From: Candidatus Eiseniibacteriota bacterium
GTDB taxonomy: Bacteria; Eisenbacteria; RBG-16-71-46; CAVPCR01
DNA length: 64,000 nucleotides
Direction of reading: 5' to 3'
Assembly: GCA_963823555.1 (NCBI GenBank)
Contig: CAWGMA010000003.1
Span: 448,001-512,000, forward strand
Both the position numbers and the translations under genes were made by a program. Shown in pieces: positions 29,887-38,973 of the stretch (position 1 is the first letter of the stretch; each line of letters starts with the position of its first letter). Below the pieces are notes generated by a model. It was given only the letters and a program-made list of their open reading frames with translations, searched no databases and had not been told where the DNA came from.

Positions 29887-32493
29887 CTAGCGGGCGAGGA
29901 CGAGGCGCTGGCTCTGAACCTCGCCTCGCGCCTCGACGCGCGCGATGTACACGCCGGCCGCCAGCCCGAGCCGGCTGGCATCGAGCACCACCCTGTGTTC
30001 GCCGCTCTCGACCCGACCATCCAGGAGCGTGGCCACGGCGCGTCCGGTGACGTCATAGACGTGCACCGAAACCGGCATCGCCCGATCGACGGCGAAGCGG
30101 ATCGTGGTGGCACCGGCGAACGGATTCGGTGTGGCCGCGAAGAGACGGAGCCCGGCGGCGGGAGCCGCTTCCGGCTCGCCCATCCCCGCGCTCGGGTCGA
30201 TGAGCGGGCGCTCGTAGACGCCGTTGCCGTGGGTAACGGCTCGGATCCGGCGCTCCAGGCGCACCACCGAGAGATCCATCACGATGGAGGCCGAGGGCAT
30301 GCCGAGCATGTATTCCTGCCAGGTCTGGCCGGCGTCGGTGGAGGCGTAGACGCCGACATCGTTCCCGAAGTAGAGGACGTTCGGATAGTCGGGATCGACC
30401 AGGATGGCGGAGGAAGGCACATCGGGAAGCGCCGCGCTCAGATCCGACCATGATGCGCCGGCATCGGTGGTGCGAAAGAGATGGCCGGTGCCGAAACCGG
30501 AGAAGGCGACATAGGCAATCGTGTGGTCGACCGGATCGACGGCGATGTCCACCGGGTAGCGATCGGGGAGGCTTCCCGTCACGTTGGTCCAGGACGCACC
30601 GCTATTGGTCGTCAGGAACACCCCGGCCCTCGTGCTCGTGGGCGCGGTACCGACATACACCCAGTCGGGCGAGAGCTGGGAGATGCCCATCGCCAGCGCC
30701 ATGTTGCCGTCGAGCGGCAGGTTCGAGTTCGTCGCGGACCAGCTCGAGGCGCCGTTCGACGTGCGGTAGATCTTGGTCCGTCCTGCATACATGATGTTGG
30801 GCACAGCCGGCGACAGCACGTAGGGAGCCGCGAACGCCACGTCATCGCTGCCGATTCCCGAGGTGGCGCTCGCGAACGTCTGACCGGTGTTGGTCGATTT
30901 GCGGATGGCGAGGTACTGCGAGGTTCCGAACATGATGTTGGTCTGGAGCGGATGCATGGCCGTCCAGCAGCCGTCGCCCCCGATCACGCGCCGCCAGCCG
31001 AGGTTGCCCTCGTAGATCGCCGTCGCGTTGTCCTGCATGCCGCCGATCGCCAGGTTGTTGTCGAGGAGCGCGCTCGAGAAACCGTTGTAGAACTGGGTCG
31101 ACTGGTAGCCGCCGTTGTGTCCCTCGAAGGTCTGCCCGCCGTTGGTGCTCAGGAACACACCGCCATCGGTGCCGAAGTAGAGCGTGTCGGGGCGTGCTGG
31201 ATCGTGGATCACGGAGTGATGATCGGCGTGCGCGTAGTTGGGCGGACCCTCGGGGCCGCCGGGCGGCACGTTGCCGAAATACCAGGCGCTCCAGTCCGAA
31301 ACCCGGCTCAGGGTGCGCCCCCCGTTCGTCGAGCGGAAGATGTCGACTCCGGCGCAGAGAACATAGGTCGAGTCGGTGGGGTCGACGTGTACCCAGTGCG
31401 AGTACCAGCCCTGGTAGGTGGCGTAGTTGGTCGAGTTCAGGAATTGCCAGCTATCGCCGTAGTCGATGGAGCGATAGAGCCCGATCCCGGACTCCGCATT
31501 GGCGAGGCTCGCGTAGACGACGTTCGGGCTCGCCTCGTAGATGTCGAGCCAGCCCTTCCCGGACCAGGTCGAGGGGAGCCCGGTCGAGAGCTGCGTCCAG
31601 TTCTGGCCGGCGTTGGTGGAGCGATAGAGGCCGGTGCCGGGGCTCCCGAGATCGCCACAGGCGACATAGACGCGATCGGGGTTCGAAGCATCGATGACGA
31701 CGTGCATCGCCATCAGCACATCGTGCACCTCTACCCAGCTCGCCCCGCCGTCGGTCGTCTTGTAGACGCCCTCGGTGGTGCCGGCATACACGATGTCGGG
31801 ATCGGTGGGGTGCATGGCGAGCGAGGCGACACCACGCTTCTGGTTGTAGGACCAGTCGAGCGAGTGGTTCCAGGTCTGGCCGCCGTCGGTGGTCTTCAGG
31901 ATGCCGATGCCGTAGGAGCCGCGGGTCAAGCGGATGGCGAGCCCGCCGAGCGCGTTCTGGTAGCCGTAGACCTCACCGGTCCCGATGAAGAGGGTGTTGG
32001 AGTCCTGGGGAGCGATGGCGATCGAGCTGACGCCGAGGACAGGGAAGCCGGTGTCGACGAGATCCCAGGCATCGGCTCCGACGCCGGTGTTGAAGGTGCG
32101 CCAGAGCCCGCCGGAGGCGGCACCCGCCCACAGGGTCCGGGGGTTCTGGGGGTTCATGGCGACGGCGAGGGTGCGGCCGCCGATGTTGTGCGGCCCGATC
32201 TCCTGCCAGGGATCGACGCCGCCGTCGGCGCGGTCGAGGGCGCCCCCGGCGAGCATCGCCTTGGAGTAGGCGAAGGCGGCGGCGTGGCCGACGTCGGGGA
32301 TCACCTTCCCCGGATACGCGCGGGCGTTCGCCCACAGCTCGAGAGCATGGAGGGCTCCGCTGGCGCGCTTGGTCTTGGCGATGGGGGTCGTGGCCGGGGC
32401 CATGATCACAGCTCCCATGACGGCCACAGCGGCGACCACGGCAAGACCCACGGCCAGGCCTGCGCGGCGGGGCGAACCCGGGCGGTCAGACAT
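29887..32493 (-). CDS. Paralogous secreted BNR/Asp-box beta-propeller protein with T9SS-CTD-like tail
   Basis: Same architecture as its neighbour; AGGAGG RBS; tail PNPF...AAGVYIARV. Confidence 0.9.
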   Translation of the reverse strand: MSDRPGSPRRAGLAVGLAVVAAVAVMGAVIMAPATTPIAKTKRASGALHALELWANARAYPGKVIPDVGHAAAFAYSKAMLAGGALDRADGGVDPWQEIGPHNIGGRTLAVAMNPQNPRTLWAGAASGGLWRTFNTGVGADAWDLVDTGFPVLGVSSIAIAPQDSNTLFIGTGEVYGYQNALGGLAIRLTRGSYGIGILKTTDGGQTWNHSLDWSYNQKRGVASLAMHPTDPDIVYAGTTEGVYKTTDGGASWVEVHDVLMAMHVVIDASNPDRVYVACGDLGSPGTGLYRSTNAGQNWTQLSTGLPSTWSGKGWLDIYEASPNVVYASLANAESGIGLYRSIDYGDSWQFLNSTNYATYQGWYSHWVHVDPTDSTYVLCAGVDIFRSTNGGRTLSRVSDWSAWYFGNVPPGGPEGPPNYAHADHHSVIHDPARPDTLYFGTDGGVFLSTNGGQTFEGHNGGYQSTQFYNGFSSALLDNNLAIGGMQDNATAIYEGNLGWRRVIGGDGCWTAMHPLQTNIMFGTSQYLAIRKSTNTGQTFASATSGIGSDDVAFAAPYVLSPAVPNIMYAGRTKIYRTSNGASSWSATNSNLPLDGNMALAMGISQLSPDWVYVGTAPTSTRAGVFLTTNSGASWTNVTGSLPDRYPVDIAVDPVDHTIAYVAFSGFGTGHLFRTTDAGASWSDLSAALPDVPSSAILVDPDYPNVLYFGNDVGVYASTDAGQTWQEYMLGMPSASIVMDLSVVRLERRIRAVTHGNGVYERPLIDPSAGMGEPEAAPAAGLRLFAATPNPFAGATTIRFAVDRAMPVSVHVYDVTGRAVATLLDGRVESGEHRVVLDASRLGLAAGVYIARVEARGEVQSQRLVLAR
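31622..32334. repeat. About 713-bp direct repeat, copy 2
   Basis: Matches 28938-29650. Confidence 0.9.
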
Positions 32494-32810
32494 CGGAGTT
32501 CCTCCTGGGGGATGGCTTTGGGAGCCCGGCTCCCCGCGATGGCGGCCCGGGGACGATGGCGGGTTGGAGGGACGCGGGACCCGTCCCGCTATTCGGCTTC
32601 CCGATCATAGCATGGCGCCCACGCGCGAGATGCGGTATACTCACCGGTGCTGGTTGGCGGCCATGTTCCGGGTGGTCCCGGCGGCCAGCGCCCCTCGAGA
32701 GTCCCCTGGTCCCTCTCCGTTCGCGATTCGCTTTCCAGCCGCGTTCGAGATAGCCGGGTCCGTTTGGCCCGGAAAAGGGCCCCCGAGCCGAAAGCACTTG
32801 GAGGAACCTG

Positions 32811-35780
32811 ATGCGTTTCTGGCCTCTTTCCACCCTGCCCCGAGTGAGTCTGGGCGTTGCCATGGCCCTGATCATGGGCGCGTCGGCGGTCCAGGCGGTC
32901 CAGCCCGAACCCGACGTCCAAGCCCTCGAGATTCCGCTTCCCGAATATGCCGCCGATCTGGCCCCCACCCATGTGACGGCGCGCGCGGCAGCTCAACGGG
33001 CGACCGCCGAGCTCGAAGGTGTATGGCAGGTCTATCGCTGGGACCGAGCGGCGGACACCCCCGCCTGGATCTATGGCACCGGGCTCGACTTGCCGGGCAG
33101 CGCCGGCGCGGATGATGCGGCGCTGGAGTCGATCGCACGCCAGTTCATCGACTCTCACCCAGGGATCTTCAAGGCCGTGGATACCGATCTCGTCCTCGAC
33201 ACGATCGCCCGCGGTGCCGGCAAGGTCGGTGTCCACTTCATGCAGACCTATGCCGGGGTGCCCGTGGTCGGGGCGCGGGTGAGCCTGGTTCTCACTGATT
33301 CGGGGCGGCTCGCCGCTTTCGGGTCCGAGTTCCACTCGACGATCGAGCTCGATCCAGCGCCCGCGCTCACTGCGACCGCAGCCAGCCGGGCCGCGCAGAA
33401 CGCATTGCCCTTCAATCCCGCCGTGGATCGCATCGAGGGTGCACCCGAGCTCGTCGTGGTACCGGTGCCGCGCTTCGAGGGCGGCGCCACGTACCGGCTC
33501 GCCTGGCAGGTTCGCGTGACCACCACCGAGCCCTACGGCATCTGGCGAAGCTACGTGGATGCCGCGACCGGCCAGATCTTCTGGCGCGAGAACGAGGTCG
33601 AGCAGCTCTACTCGGGGGCCTCGACCGGTGATGTCGAGCGGCCCGGGTACTGCGACGGAGTCACTCCTGATTCGCCGTTCCGCAAGATGACGATCAACGT
33701 GAGCGGGGCCGGCAGCTCGGTCACCGACGCCGACGGCAACTTCTCGATTCCGGGGTCCGCCGGATCGCAGACCGTGACCGCGGCCTTCGACGGCCCCGAA
33801 GCCAACATCAACAACCAGGACGGCCCCGACGCTTCGTTCTCGAGTCCGATCCAGCCCGACGTCCCGTTCTCCATGCTGTGGACGGACGCCAACTCCCACC
33901 CGGCGGAGCGGGATGTCTTCTTCTTCGTTAACGAGACCGATGCCTATCTCAAGACGGTCGATCCGACCTGGGATTACGCGAAGTACACGGTCAACGTGAA
34001 CGTCAACGCGGCCTGCAACGCCAACTGGTCCGGCACGACGATGAACTTCTTCCGGGAGCTGGGCGGCTGCGGCAACACCGGTCGCATCGGCGACGTCGTG
34101 GCGCACGAGTTCGGCCACGGCGTGCAGTTCAGCCTCCTCGGGGACCAGGGCAACGAGGGGCTGGGCGAGGGCAATGGCGACATCATGGGCACGCTCATGT
34201 CCGACGACAGCGTCATCGGCCGCGGGTTCAACCTGAACGTGTGCTCCTCGGGGATCCGCAACTGCGAGAACACGCTCGTCTATCCCACGCATGTGGTCGG
34301 GCAGCCGATTCACTCGGCGGGCCGCGTCATCTGCGGCTTCAACTGGGACATGTGGCAGGCGCTGACCGCCTCCCTCGGACCCGAGGCCGGGAAGGCCAAG
34401 ACCGCCGAGCTCTGGCACTTCGCGCGCAAGGTGTTCCGGCCGGATGTGCAGCCGGATCAGGTGCTCGCCTACTTCGTGATCGACGATGACGACGCCAATC
34501 TCCTGAACGGCACACCGCACTACTCGGAGATCTGCGAAGGTGCGACCAACCACGGGTTCCCTTGTCCCGACACGGTGCCGGTCTATGTCGCGCACACGCC
34601 GCTGGCCGACACCCAGGACACCCAGAACCCGTACCCGGTCGTGGCCACCATCATCGCCTATGATGGGGCGCTGGAGCCGGATTCGCTCAGGGTCTACTAC
34701 CGCTCGAACCTGGGCGCGTTCGGTTCGTCGCTGATGACGGCCACCGGCAACCCGGACGAGTTCGCCGGCTCGATTCCGGCCCAGCCGCTGGGCACGCTCG
34801 TCCAGTACTACATCGCCGCGGCCAACGACCTGGGCGAGCGCGTGACCAATCCCGATGGCGCCCCCACGGTTCTCCTGAGCTTCTTCGTGGGCACGCCGGG
34901 GGTCGCCGCGGTCGCCGACATGGAAACCGATCCGGGCTGGACGGTCGGTCCCAACACCGCCACCGGCGGCATCTGGGAGCGCGCCGATCCGGTCCAGGTG
35001 ATCGTCTACGTCCAGGGCAATCCCAACTTCGCGCAGCCGCCCGATGATCACACTCCGGATCCCGGCGTCCTGTGCTGGATCACCGAGAACGGCGTGCCCG
35101 GGCAGCTCGGCGGGGCGACCGACGTCGACAACGGCTACACCACGCTGGCGACGGCGACCTACAATCTCGCCGGCGAGCCGTTCGCGCGGCTCTCTTTCTA
35201 TCTCTTCTATACCAATCATCTCGGCGGCAACCCGGGAGAGGACGCGTTCGACGTCGACGTTTCGACGAACGGCGGGTCGACCTGGGTCAACATGATCTCC
35301 CGGCTTGGGCACACGAACAACGACTGGGAGAAGGTGCAGCTCGACATCACGAACTACGTGCCGCTCACCTCGACCATGAAGTTCCGTTTCGTGGCCCGCG
35401 ACCTGGGCGGAGCCTCGCTCGTGGAAGCGGCCATCGATGACTTCCTGATCGAGGTGCTGCCGCAGACCCAGGGAGTGGCGCAGGAAGCGGGGGCTTCACC
35501 GCTCCGCTACGCGATCGCGCAGAACCGACCGAACCCCTTCAACCCGTCGACCGAGATCCGCTTCACGGCGGCCGCCGAGGCTCCGGTATCGCTCCGCGTC
35601 TATGACGTGGAGGGCCGGGTCGTGCGTACCCTCGTCGACGGCGTGATGCCGGCCGGCGAGCACGTCGCGGTGTGGGACGGACGCGACGGGAACGGAGCGG
35701 CGGCCGCGTCAGGGATCTACTACTACAAGATCGAGGCCGGCGACTTCATGGCGACGCGGAAGATGGTGCTCGTGAAGTAA
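32811..35780 (+). CDS. Secreted zinc metallopeptidase (M4/M36-like) with propeptide and FlgD-Ig/CTD tail
   Basis: Signal peptide, FTP/PepSY-like propeptide (YVDAATGQI), HEFGH plus GLGEGNGD, tail PNPFNP...WDGRD...SGIYYYKI. Confidence 0.88.
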   Translation: MRFWPLSTLPRVSLGVAMALIMGASAVQAVQPEPDVQALEIPLPEYAADLAPTHVTARAAAQRATAELEGVWQVYRWDRAADTPAWIYGTGLDLPGSAGADDAALESIARQFIDSHPGIFKAVDTDLVLDTIARGAGKVGVHFMQTYAGVPVVGARVSLVLTDSGRLAAFGSEFHSTIELDPAPALTATAASRAAQNALPFNPAVDRIEGAPELVVVPVPRFEGGATYRLAWQVRVTTTEPYGIWRSYVDAATGQIFWRENEVEQLYSGASTGDVERPGYCDGVTPDSPFRKMTINVSGAGSSVTDADGNFSIPGSAGSQTVTAAFDGPEANINNQDGPDASFSSPIQPDVPFSMLWTDANSHPAERDVFFFVNETDAYLKTVDPTWDYAKYTVNVNVNAACNANWSGTTMNFFRELGGCGNTGRIGDVVAHEFGHGVQFSLLGDQGNEGLGEGNGDIMGTLMSDDSVIGRGFNLNVCSSGIRNCENTLVYPTHVVGQPIHSAGRVICGFNWDMWQALTASLGPEAGKAKTAELWHFARKVFRPDVQPDQVLAYFVIDDDDANLLNGTPHYSEICEGATNHGFPCPDTVPVYVAHTPLADTQDTQNPYPVVATIIAYDGALEPDSLRVYYRSNLGAFGSSLMTATGNPDEFAGSIPAQPLGTLVQYYIAAANDLGERVTNPDGAPTVLLSFFVGTPGVAAVADMETDPGWTVGPNTATGGIWERADPVQVIVYVQGNPNFAQPPDDHTPDPGVLCWITENGVPGQLGGATDVDNGYTTLATATYNLAGEPFARLSFYLFYTNHLGGNPGEDAFDVDVSTNGGSTWVNMISRLGHTNNDWEKVQLDITNYVPLTSTMKFRFVARDLGGASLVEAAIDDFLIEVLPQTQGVAQEAGASPLRYAIAQNRPNPFNPSTEIRFTAAAEAPVSLRVYDVEGRVVRTLVDGVMPAGEHVAVWDGRDGNGAAAASGIYYYKIEAGDFMATRKMVLVK

Positions 35781-35836
35781 GGCCATCCCCGGCCTGCTCG
35801 CCCCGATCGGCGAACCTGAAAGGGGGCGGGCACCTT

Positions 35837-35884
35837 GACCAAGGGGGGGGATTCCACCCAGGGATCCCCCCTCTTGGTCTTTGT
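35837..35884 (+). terminator. Intrinsic terminator
   Basis: GACCAAGGGGGGGGATTCC / GGGATCCCCCCTCTTGGTC stem followed by TTTGT. Confidence 0.8.
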
Positions 35885-35939
35885 CGCGGGCATGATGCCG
35901 TGGCCAGGGTCGGCCCCACGGATTCGATCCGGTGACCCC

Positions 35940-35969
35940 GTGACACGCGATTGGAATCTGTGCTACAAT
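35940..35969 (+). promoter_or_regulatory. Sigma70 promoter with extended -10
   Basis: GTGACA-18bp-TACAAT with TGc extension. Confidence 0.6.
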
Positions 35970-36165
35970 TCAACTTGTGCGGAAGCTTGCTGCCCGGCGT
36001 ACACGTGAAGCGAGCTTCGTCGAGTCACCGCCCGAACCGCCCTTCCGCGAGGCGGCGACCGCCAACCTGCAACCTGGGTGCGCAGCAGAGGAACGGTTGG
36101 CCTGGACTCCCGTTCCTCCCAGCTTCCTCTCCGTGAACGCTTCATCAGGCGGAGGTTTGTATCTC

Positions 36166-36909
36166 ATGAAGACCGCGATCGCTCTCAGTCTGGGTCTATT
36201 CCTCGTCGTGCCGGCCTTCGCCGCAACCTTCGATGCCGGCCCAGCCGATGTTCCCCAGATCCCCTGGCCGACCCACGCGAGCGACACCGATTGCTCCTCG
36301 AACCAGGGCGCCGTCGTCAATGGCTCGCTCGGTATCAATGCCAATACGGCACCCGTCGTCCAGGGCCCCTGCATCCCGGGGGGCTCAGGTTCGCCGGCTG
36401 ATCTCATCGGATTTGCGTTCCCGGTCGTGAGCTGCCAGGACGGTTTCGTGAAGACCACGCGCGTCCAGTTCAACATCGCGGATGCCGGTGATCTGTGGCA
36501 GCTCTACCTGTGGCGGGAGCAGGGCGGCATCCCGCTCGACGCCTGCGGCCTCGAGTGCGGCGTGGCCACTCCGCTCACGATCCCGGCGGTCGGCCCGGTC
36601 GTGGTCTCCCACGACTGGACCCAGCAGCAGTGCCCCTGCCTCACCTTCAACGGCGAGCGCATCCATATCGGCACCGTGTATGTGAACGTCGCTCTCACGG
36701 TTGCCGACTGGTACGTGGGCCGCGAGAACAGCCCCTTCGGCGCCGGCTTCGGCTACGGCAACCTGTCCGGCGACCACGACGACTGGCAGGATCTGGACCT
36801 GTTCGGATTCGGCAACCACTGGGGCGTCGAGAACATCATCGGCACCGAGTGCGGCACGGTTCCGGTCGAGTCGACCACCTGGGGCACCGTGAAGACGCTG
36901 TACGAATAA
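36166..36909 (+). CDS. Secreted Cys-rich hypothetical protein with C-terminal PVESTTWGTVKTLYE tag
   Basis: GGAGG RBS, signal peptide ending AFA, 8 Cys, own promoter and terminator. Confidence 0.85.
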   Translation: MKTAIALSLGLFLVVPAFAATFDAGPADVPQIPWPTHASDTDCSSNQGAVVNGSLGINANTAPVVQGPCIPGGSGSPADLIGFAFPVVSCQDGFVKTTRVQFNIADAGDLWQLYLWREQGGIPLDACGLECGVATPLTIPAVGPVVVSHDWTQQQCPCLTFNGERIHIGTVYVNVALTVADWYVGRENSPFGAGFGYGNLSGDHDDWQDLDLFGFGNHWGVENIIGTECGTVPVESTTWGTVKTLYE

Positions 36910-36966
36910 CCGACTTATCGCATAGAGACTGGGGTCCAAGCGTTCGCGAGGATGCTCGAGCCCAGT

Positions 36967-37007
36967 AGCGAGCCCCCCGGCGGGAGCCGGGGGGCTTCGC
37001 TGTTCTC
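36967..37007 (+). terminator. Intrinsic terminator-like hairpin
   Basis: AGCGAGCCCCCCGGC-GGGA-GCCGGGGGGCTTCGCT. Confidence 0.75.
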
Positions 37008-37040
37008 AAGCGCCCGATGTCACGCTAAGCTCGTCCTGTC

Positions 37041-38189
37041 ATGACCGACCGATCTCCCATCTATCTCGATCACGCCTCGACCACCCCGCTCGATGCCCGG
37101 GTCGTCGAGCGCATGCGTCCCTTCCTGGGCCCCGAGTACGGCAACGAGGCGAGCAGCCATTTCCTGGGTCGGCGCGCCCATGACGCGGTCGAGGCGGCCC
37201 GATGCGAGGTCGCGGCCCTGATCGGTGCCTCCCCCGCGGAGATCGTATTCACCGGATCGGGAAGCGAGGCCGACAATCTCGCCCTCAAGGGAGTGGCGTT
37301 CTTCCACAAGCTACGCGACGTTCACCTCGTGACGACCGCGATCGAGCATGACGCGGTGCTCAAGCCGGCGCGGAGTCTCGCCCGCCTCGGCATCGAGCTG
37401 ACCGTGCTCGGGGTGGATGGGCTGGGGCTGGTCGATCCCGAGGATGTCCGTCGCGCGCTCCGGCCGGAGACTCGCCTGGTGTCGGTGATGCACGCCAACA
37501 ACGAGGTGGGCACGCTCGAGCCCGTCGCCGAGATCGCGGCGATCACACGCGATCGTGACGTCCTCTTTCATGTCGATGCGGTGCAGACGGCCGGATTCCT
37601 GCCGGTCGACGTCGATGAGCTGGGTGTGGACCTGCTCACGCTCTCGGCGCACAAGCTCTACGGGCCGAAGGGGGTCGGGGCGCTCTATGTGCGGAAGGGG
37701 ACGCGTCTCGTCCCTCTCATCGACGGTGGACCGCACGAGGAGGGGCTGCGCGCCGGCACGCTCAACGTGGCTGGAATCGTGGGCATGGGGGAAGCGGCGA
37801 GGCTCGCGCGGGAGGAACGCGAGGCGAGGCGAGCGCACGCCGCGGCGGTGCGGGACGCGCTCGCCACAGCGCTCGCCGACGCGGTGCCCCAGGCGGTGCG
37901 GAGCGCGTACCCGGCGCCGATGCTGCCCGGACATCTCCACCTGGTGATGCATCTCGGTCCGTCGGTCCCGCTTCTCGCCCATCTGAGCGCGCGCGGCATC
38001 GCCGCATCCAGCGGTTCCGCCTGCACCTCGACCATCGCCAAGCCCTCGCATGTGCTGACGGCGATGGGGGTCGGCCCCGAGGCCGCGCTCTCGGCGCTGC
38101 GCCTCACCACCGGACAGGCCGTCCGGCGCGAGGATGTCGCGGCGGTGGCGGAGGCCGTCACCGAGTATGCGGCTCAGGTGCGGCCGTGA
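37041..38189 (+). CDS. iscS: Cysteine desulfurase (IscS/NifS family)
   Basis: YLDHASTTP, HVDAVQ, SAHKLYGPKG, SSGSACTS. Confidence 0.93.
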   Translation: MTDRSPIYLDHASTTPLDARVVERMRPFLGPEYGNEASSHFLGRRAHDAVEAARCEVAALIGASPAEIVFTGSGSEADNLALKGVAFFHKLRDVHLVTTAIEHDAVLKPARSLARLGIELTVLGVDGLGLVDPEDVRRALRPETRLVSVMHANNEVGTLEPVAEIAAITRDRDVLFHVDAVQTAGFLPVDVDELGVDLLTLSAHKLYGPKGVGALYVRKGTRLVPLIDGGPHEEGLRAGTLNVAGIVGMGEAARLAREEREARRAHAAAVRDALATALADAVPQAVRSAYPAPMLPGHLHLVMHLGPSVPLLAHLSARGIAASSGSACTSTIAKPSHVLTAMGVGPEAALSALRLTTGQAVRREDVAAVAEAVTEYAAQVRP

Positions 38190-38973
38190 GGCCGGGTGCC
38201 GGCTTCGCGTCCGGCTCGCCCTCGAGCCGTAGCGCGCCCGCGAGCCCGTGGCAGGTGGAAACCGTGGCGACGACCGCGTAGGCGACGCCCGTCCGCGTCA
38301 TCCCGGCGCTCTTCCCGAGCGCGATCGCCTCGCGGGCCAGGTCGGCGAGCGGGATCGTGCCCACCCCGAACGCCTCGTGCAGGCATTGGAGGACGTGCAC
38401 GCTCGCCACGGCCTGTGTTCTCTCCCTCAGGTGGTTCGCCACGGCCCGGCCCATGTTCCAGGAGAGCGGCGCTGCGATGGCAGGGCAGGTGCGCGGCTCG
38501 ATGCAGTTCACCGGGCAGACCCAGGTGGCGAAGGATAGGGCGAAGCTTCCGTTCTCGAGATCGCGCCTGAACGGGGTCGCGATCGCACCCAGGAGCCCAC
38601 GCGCCTCCTCGGCGCCGGCGCGCACGGCCCGGGGGGCTGCCACCCGGCGTAGCGCTTCGAGCATGATGTGCGAGGCGAAGGGAGAGGGCACGATGCGGCC
38701 GGTCACCGGTTCTCCCGCGGCGACACGGGAGACCGCCGCGGGCAGGATCGTGCTCAGGTGATCCGCCCAGTCGGCGACCTCGATCTCGACTCGCGGGTCC
38801 TGCACCTCACGCGCCACTCGACAGCTCGGATCGCGATCGATGATGACGATGCGAGCCACCGGGCCGCCGGCACGATCGGCGTAGCGGAGGAGCTGGCGGG
38901 TGTAGAAGGTCCCGAAGCAACCGCCGCCGATGATCGTGTAGACAGCGGGGCCGGTGCGCGGCGAGTGGTTCAT
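38158..38973 (-). CDS. Hypothetical protein with Rossmann-like N-terminus and Cys cluster
   Basis: IIGGGCFG, IVIIDRD, WVCPVNCIEPRTCP, STCHG; ATGA overlap with queG. Confidence 0.78.
   Translation of the reverse strand: MNHSPRTGPAVYTIIGGGCFGTFYTRQLLRYADRAGGPVARIVIIDRDPSCRVAREVQDPRVEIEVADWADHLSTILPAAVSRVAAGEPVTGRIVPSPFASHIMLEALRRVAAPRAVRAGAEEARGLLGAIATPFRRDLENGSFALSFATWVCPVNCIEPRTCPAIAAPLSWNMGRAVANHLRERTQAVASVHVLQCLHEAFGVGTIPLADLAREAIALGKSAGMTRTGVAYAVVATVSTCHGLAGALRLEGEPDAKPAPGLTAAPEPHTR

Noticed and set aside
28938..32334. Diversity-generating retroelement template/variable repeat pair
   Set aside because: Repeats are long, inside two intact paralogs, show no adenine-specific mismatches, and there is no reverse transcriptase.
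35975..36165. c-di-GMP or other known riboswitch
   Set aside because: I could not find the conserved aptamer motifs; kept only as an unassigned structured leader.
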